Positions 61,926-64,000 of a stretch of 64,000 bases of DNA are shown piece after piece. The translations under genes were made by a program, and so were the position numbers. This stretch comes from an uncultured Anaerolineaceae bacterium. Its GTDB lineage: Bacteria; Chloroflexota; Anaerolineae; Aggregatilineales; Phototrophicaceae. Below the pieces are notes generated by a model that ran no database searches, had not been told where the DNA came from, and saw only the letters and a list, made by a program, of their open reading frames with translations. Each line of letters opens with the position of its first letter. Position 1 is the first letter of the stretch. Location: assembly GCA_964593565.1 (NCBI GenBank), contig CAZQIY010000005.1, positions 18,334-82,333 of the forward strand, in the 5' to 3' direction.

Positions 61926-62798
61926 ATGCAGAGTATGGGTTTTCTCAATGTGGATAAACCCGCCGGCCTGACCAGCCATGATGTCGTGGCACAGGTGCGC
62001 CGGGGGTTGAAGATTAAAAAGGTCGGCCATGCCGGGACTCTCGACCCGCTGGCGACAGGCGTGCTGGTGATCTGCATCGGGGCGGCGACGCGCCTGAGCG
62101 AATATGTGATGCACACCGAAAAACGCTATCGTGCCCGGATTCATCTGGGCGTGCGCACCACCACCTATGATGCTGAGGGCGAGGTGACGGCCCGGCACGA
62201 TGCATCGCAGGTTGGCCGCGCCGATGTCGAGCAGGCGTTGGCTGGCTTTGTAGGGGAAATCGAGCAGATTCCGCCGATGTACAGTGCGATCAAGCAGGGC
62301 GGGCGCAAACTCTATGATCTGGCCCGCGCCGGTCAGGTAGTGGAGCGCCAGCCGCGCCCGGTCCGCATCGCCTCGCTGGAGATTGTCGATTGGGCGCCGC
62401 CGCTGGTCACTGTCGATGTGGTATGCAGCGCCGGGACGTATATTCGCAGCCTGGCCGATGATCTGGGGCAGGCGCTTGGGACAGGGGCGCATCTGGCCGG
62501 CCTGGTGCGCACGGCCAGCGGAAGCTTTCATCTGGAAGACGCGGTGCAGCCAGCGGCGCTGCTGGAAAGCGAAACCTGGCAGCAGTATCTCATCCCCCCG
62601 GCACAGGCGCTGTCGCATCTGCCGGTGGTGCAGTGCGACGATGCCGCTGCCGAAGCGCTGATGCATGGCCGCGCCGTGCCGGATGCTGGCGCGACAGCCG
62701 GGACCCTGGCACAGGCCTGTAACGCGGCTGGCGACCTGCTGGCGATTGTGGAGGGCAACGGCCAGCACTGGCGGCCCCGCAAGGTTTTTGGCGGCTAG
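61926..62798 (+). CDS. truB: tRNA pseudouridine(55) synthase
   Basis: 290 aa. GFLNVDKPAGLTSHDVV and the catalytic-Asp motif KVGHAGTLDPLATGVLVI. Confidence 0.95.
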   Translation: MQSMGFLNVDKPAGLTSHDVVAQVRRGLKIKKVGHAGTLDPLATGVLVICIGAATRLSEYVMHTEKRYRARIHLGVRTTTYDAEGEVTARHDASQVGRADVEQALAGFVGEIEQIPPMYSAIKQGGRKLYDLARAGQVVERQPRPVRIASLEIVDWAPPLVTVDVVCSAGTYIRSLADDLGQALGTGAHLAGLVRTASGSFHLEDAVQPAALLESETWQQYLIPPAQALSHLPVVQCDDAAAEALMHGRAVPDAGATAGTLAQACNAAGDLLAIVEGNGQHWRPRKVFGG

Positions 62799-62837
62799 GT
62801 TTCTGTTGGCATTTTGGGAAAATGCCCTGTTTTGCGC

Positions 62838-63000
62838 TCATCCCCTGGCCCTGCACGGGAGCAGCCTGGCCCTCATCCCCCGGCCCCTTCTCCCTCACGG
62901 AGAAGGGGAGAAAGAAAGGGAGAAAAGCGGTTTTTGAAGTCCCTCGCCCTGAGGGACGCAGTGCCGCGTCCTTTGCGGTAGAGGGACGCTTCGCAGGGGT
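62838..63000. repeat. hairpin-rich GC/purine-tract intergenic element (REP/MITE-like or structured RNA)
   Basis: Direct repeats CTCATCCCCnGGCCC (62838, 62871). Perfect 10-bp hairpin CCCCTTCTCC/GGAGAAGGGG (62884-62908). GTCCCTC/GAGGGAC (62939-62957). GAGGGACGC occurs twice (62951, 62981) flanking GCGTCC (62966-62971). Confidence 0.5.
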
Positions 63001-63086
63001 GAGGGCAGAAACGAATCTGTGCTGAATCTGAAATGTCAACACAGTAGCGTAGCCTTCAGGGGCGATTTTTGAGGAAAGGTGAGGCG

Positions 63087-64000
63087 GTGACGGAGCATAT
63101 TTATAACCTGCAGAATGCGCGGCTTCCACGGCCTTCGCTGGTGACCATTGGCGTTTTTGATGGCGTCCACCGGGGGCACCAGCATCTGATCCGGCAGTTG
63201 GTGGAGGATGCCCGCCAGAAAGGGTGTGCCGCCGCCGTGCTGACTTTTTTCCCGCATCCGGATGTCGTGCTGCGCGGGCTGAAAGGCCGTTATTACCTGA
63301 CCACTGCGGAACAGAAAGCCGCCCTGCTGATCGACCTGGGGGTGGATTACGTCATCACGCACCCGTTTGATGACAGCGTGCGCCAGATGCGCGCCGCCGA
63401 TTTTGTTGATCAGCTTCTGGACCATCTGAACATGAAGGCGCTGGCGGTAGGGTCAGATTTTGCGATGGGCTACCGGCGCGAAGGCAATGTCGATTTCCTG
63501 CGCGCACAGGCCGCAGAAAAGCAGTTTGAACTTCAGGTGGTGGATCTGGTCAGCAACAACGGCGATACCATCAGCAGCACCGCAATTCGGCAGGCGCTGG
63601 AAGCGGGCGATGTGGCGCAGGCCCGGCACTGGCTGGGGCGCAGTTACAGCGTCAGCGGCACGGTGGTGGATGGCGCGAAACGCGGCCGTCAGATCGGCTT
63701 CCCGACGGCGAACCTGGCCCTGTGGGATGAGCAGGTGATCCCTGCCAACGGCATCTATGCAAGTTGGGTAACGCTGGAGGGCAAGCGGCTTATGGCGGCG
63801 ACCAATGTCGGCATTCGCCCACAATTTGAATCGGGCGAGGTGGCGGTTACTGTCGAGCCGTACATCCTCGATTTTAACCGCGAAATCTATGGCCAGCAGC
63901 TTACCGTGACGTTTGAGAAACGCCTGCGCGATGAGGCCCGGTTCGAGAGTGTGGAGGCGCTGATCGCGCAGATTGGGGCGGATGTGGAGGAAAGCCGCGC
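63087..64000 (+). CDS. ribF: bifunctional riboflavin kinase / FAD synthetase (3' end beyond window)
   Basis: Not in the track because it is open at the edge. GTG at 63087 after the RBS GAGGAAAGG. VTEHIYNLQ...LVTIGVFDGVHRGHQHLI...GRSYSVSGTVVDGAKRGRQIGFPTANL...EPYILDFNREIYGQ. Confidence 0.9.
   Translation, partial: MTEHIYNLQNARLPRPSLVTIGVFDGVHRGHQHLIRQLVEDARQKGCAAAVLTFFPHPDVVLRGLKGRYYLTTAEQKAALLIDLGVDYVITHPFDDSVRQMRAADFVDQLLDHLNMKALAVGSDFAMGYRREGNVDFLRAQAAEKQFELQVVDLVSNNGDTISSTAIRQALEAGDVAQARHWLGRSYSVSGTVVDGAKRGRQIGFPTANLALWDEQVIPANGIYASWVTLEGKRLMAATNVGIRPQFESGEVAVTVEPYILDFNREIYGQQLTVTFEKRLRDEARFESVEALIAQIGADVEESR

Noticed and set aside
62799-63086. FMN riboswitch or 6S/other known sRNA upstream of ribF
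   Set aside because: There is no FMN-element core (no multi-stem junction with the conserved GGATTC/AGGG-type segments). The hairpins are short and repeat-like, and ribF is not a usual FMN-riboswitch target. The region is kept only as an unexplained repeat or structured element.
1-64000. CRISPR arrays, rRNA genes, transposases, toxin-antitoxin or known defence modules
   Set aside because: I found no regularly spaced repeats. The abundant ctgctggcg-type repeats are Leu/Ala codons of TM helices. No ORF shows nuclease, integrase, transposase or reverse-transcriptase motifs.

Overview
High-GC, densely coding bacterial chromosomal window: about 45 protein genes and one tRNA. I saw no rRNA, CRISPR array, transposase, integrase or phage genes. 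All calls come from reading the ORF translations and the DNA by eye; no database search was run.

Housekeeping anchors are gyrA, L25/Ctc, tRNA-Gly(CCC) and birA. The 3' end carries a nusA-ylxR-infB-rbfA-nrnA-truB-ribF block. Other ordinary content:
- a peptide-type ABC importer operon
- a heterodimeric ABC exporter pair
- an orphan GAF-GAF-PAS histidine kinase
- an APC permease and a YihY-family protein
- a THUMP methyltransferase and a HIT protein

The unusual theme is envelope glycosylation. Nine large polytopic GT-C-like membrane proteins (about 23.7 kb of coding sequence by my coordinates, roughly 37% of the window) sit in three loci: 0.7-7.8 kb, 20.7-23.5 kb and 35.6-56.1 kb.

The third locus is the best candidate for an undescribed system. 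It is a 20.5 kb co-directional block ending in a hairpin terminator. In order it encodes:
- an MprF/UPF0104-type flippase-like protein, a GT4 glycosyltransferase and a SAM methyltransferase
- an 840-aa GT-C protein
- a 1752-aa fusion protein carrying HPDERF and YYYFGY motifs
- an 848-aa YYY protein
- a 617-aa TIGR03663-like paralogue that lacks the DE/HGP invariants
- an ECF sigma / anti-sigma pair
- a 1324-aa TIGR03663-like protein fused to a six-blade NHL propeller

The pairing of YYYxG proteins with DE/HGP partner proteins fits a Chloroflexota-type genome. That placement is an inference.

Many very long antisense ORFs in the track (up to 1673 aa) are GC-driven shadow ORFs and were rejected.
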